A stretch of DNA of 36,980 nucleotides from Bacteroidales bacterium (lineage in GTDB: Bacteria; Bacteroidota; Bacteroidia; Bacteroidales; ML635J-15). Below are positions 36,427 through 36,980 of the stretch, in pieces. How positions within the stretch are numbered: the first letter of the stretch is position 1; each line of letters starts with the position of its first letter. The stretch spans positions 1-36,980 of the forward strand of contig JAQVPT010000001.1 of assembly GCA_028701945.1 (NCBI GenBank), given 5' to 3'. Made by a program: the position numbers and the translations under genes. The notes beneath the pieces were generated by a model. That model was given only the letters and a program-made list of their open reading frames with translations, made no database searches and had not been told where the DNA came from.

Positions 36427-36980
36427 TTACGATCGTGGATGAAATTGAATAATGGTTTCTCTAAGATATTCTCTGTCAATATGAGTATATATTTCGGTTG
36501 TCGTTATTGACTCGTGTCCCAACATTTCTTGTACTATTCTAAGATTTGCTCCTCCCTCTATTAAGTGTGTGGCAAACGAATGTCGAAATGTGTGAGGAGA
36601 AACATTTTTTTCAATTTCAGCAGATTTACAAGCTTCTTTCACAATTGTAAAAATCATTACTCTGGTTAATTGTTTGCCTCGGCGATTTAAAAATAGAAAA
36701 TCTGCGTGTCCTTTTTGAGGGGTCATTTGATTTCTAAAAGATTGCATGTAAAAACCTATTTCTTTCTTTGCCGCACTACCTAATGGCACAAGTCTTTGCT
36801 TATCTCCTTTACCTATCACTCTTATATAGTCTTCGTTAAAATAAATATTAGAAATCTTTAAATTAATAAGCTCCGATACTCGTAGTCCACAGCCATATAA
36901 TACTTCAATTATTGCTCTGTTCCGATGTCCCAGCATGGTACTAACATCAATTGCTAATAGAACTTTCTCTATTTCGGCAA
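36427..36980 (-). CDS. xerD: Tyrosine site-specific recombinase XerD-like, C-terminal catalytic domain (N-terminus lies beyond the window end)
   Basis: The minus-strand frame is open to base 36978 (...AEIEKVLLAIDVSTMLGHRNRAIIEVLYGCGLRVSEL). Catalytic residues sit in the expected context (GLRVSE, HTFRHSFATHL, LGHESITTTEIYTH). Confidence 0.85.
   Translation of the reverse strand, partial: AEIEKVLLAIDVSTMLGHRNRAIIEVLYGCGLRVSELINLKISNIYFNEDYIRVIGKGDKQRLVPLGSAAKKEIGFYMQSFRNQMTPQKGHADFLFLNRRGKQLTRVMIFTIVKEACKSAEIEKNVSPHTFRHSFATHLIEGGANLRIVQEMLGHESITTTEIYTHIDREYLRETIIQFHPRS

Noticed and set aside
36427-36980. Tyrosine recombinase as a marker of an integrated mobile element
   Set aside because: The sequence matches the housekeeping XerD pattern (LLAIDVST..., LYGCGLRVSEL, HTFRHSFATHL, TEIYTH). 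I saw no flanking direct repeats, tRNA or cargo genes. The gene is truncated by the window edge, so this cannot be fully excluded.
1-36980. tRNA, rRNA or other canonical RNA genes
   Set aside because: Scanning the intergenic regions by eye found no T-loop or acceptor-stem-like sequence and no rRNA-like conserved block. All gaps longer than 100 bp are accounted for by promoters, terminators or the array.

Overview
AT-rich chromosomal segment that looks like Bacteroidota. Three things support this: type IX secretion (T9SS) and gliding genes, many lipoproteins, and TAnnTTTG -7 promoter boxes close to start codons. Most of the window is ordinary core genome. It holds a ClC channel (partial), kdsD, recQ, hutU, ispF, murF, cinA, elbB, a UbiA-family prenyltransferase, a GH13 enzyme and xerD (partial). 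It also holds a conserved T9SS/gliding block, porU-porV divergent from porP/sprF-gldJ-murF, and a 1569-aa T9SS type-B cargo adhesin. I found no rRNA, tRNA, CRISPR array, IS element or recognisable defence system. The one feature the gene map does not explain is a 1.1-kb non-coding array at 10529..11639. It consists of eight head-to-tail 139-bp units. Each unit re-copies the last 21 codons plus the stop of a SAM-methyltransferase gene, followed by an invariant compound hairpin. The array lies where that gene converges with the porU-porV-ispF-trx transcription unit. The 17-nt core of the hairpin recurs at a second convergent gene junction (27382..27406) with compensatory flanking changes, which suggests a dispersed REP-like palindromic element family. 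Everything here comes from reading the sequence and the ORF translations by eye. No database search or folding calculation was run.
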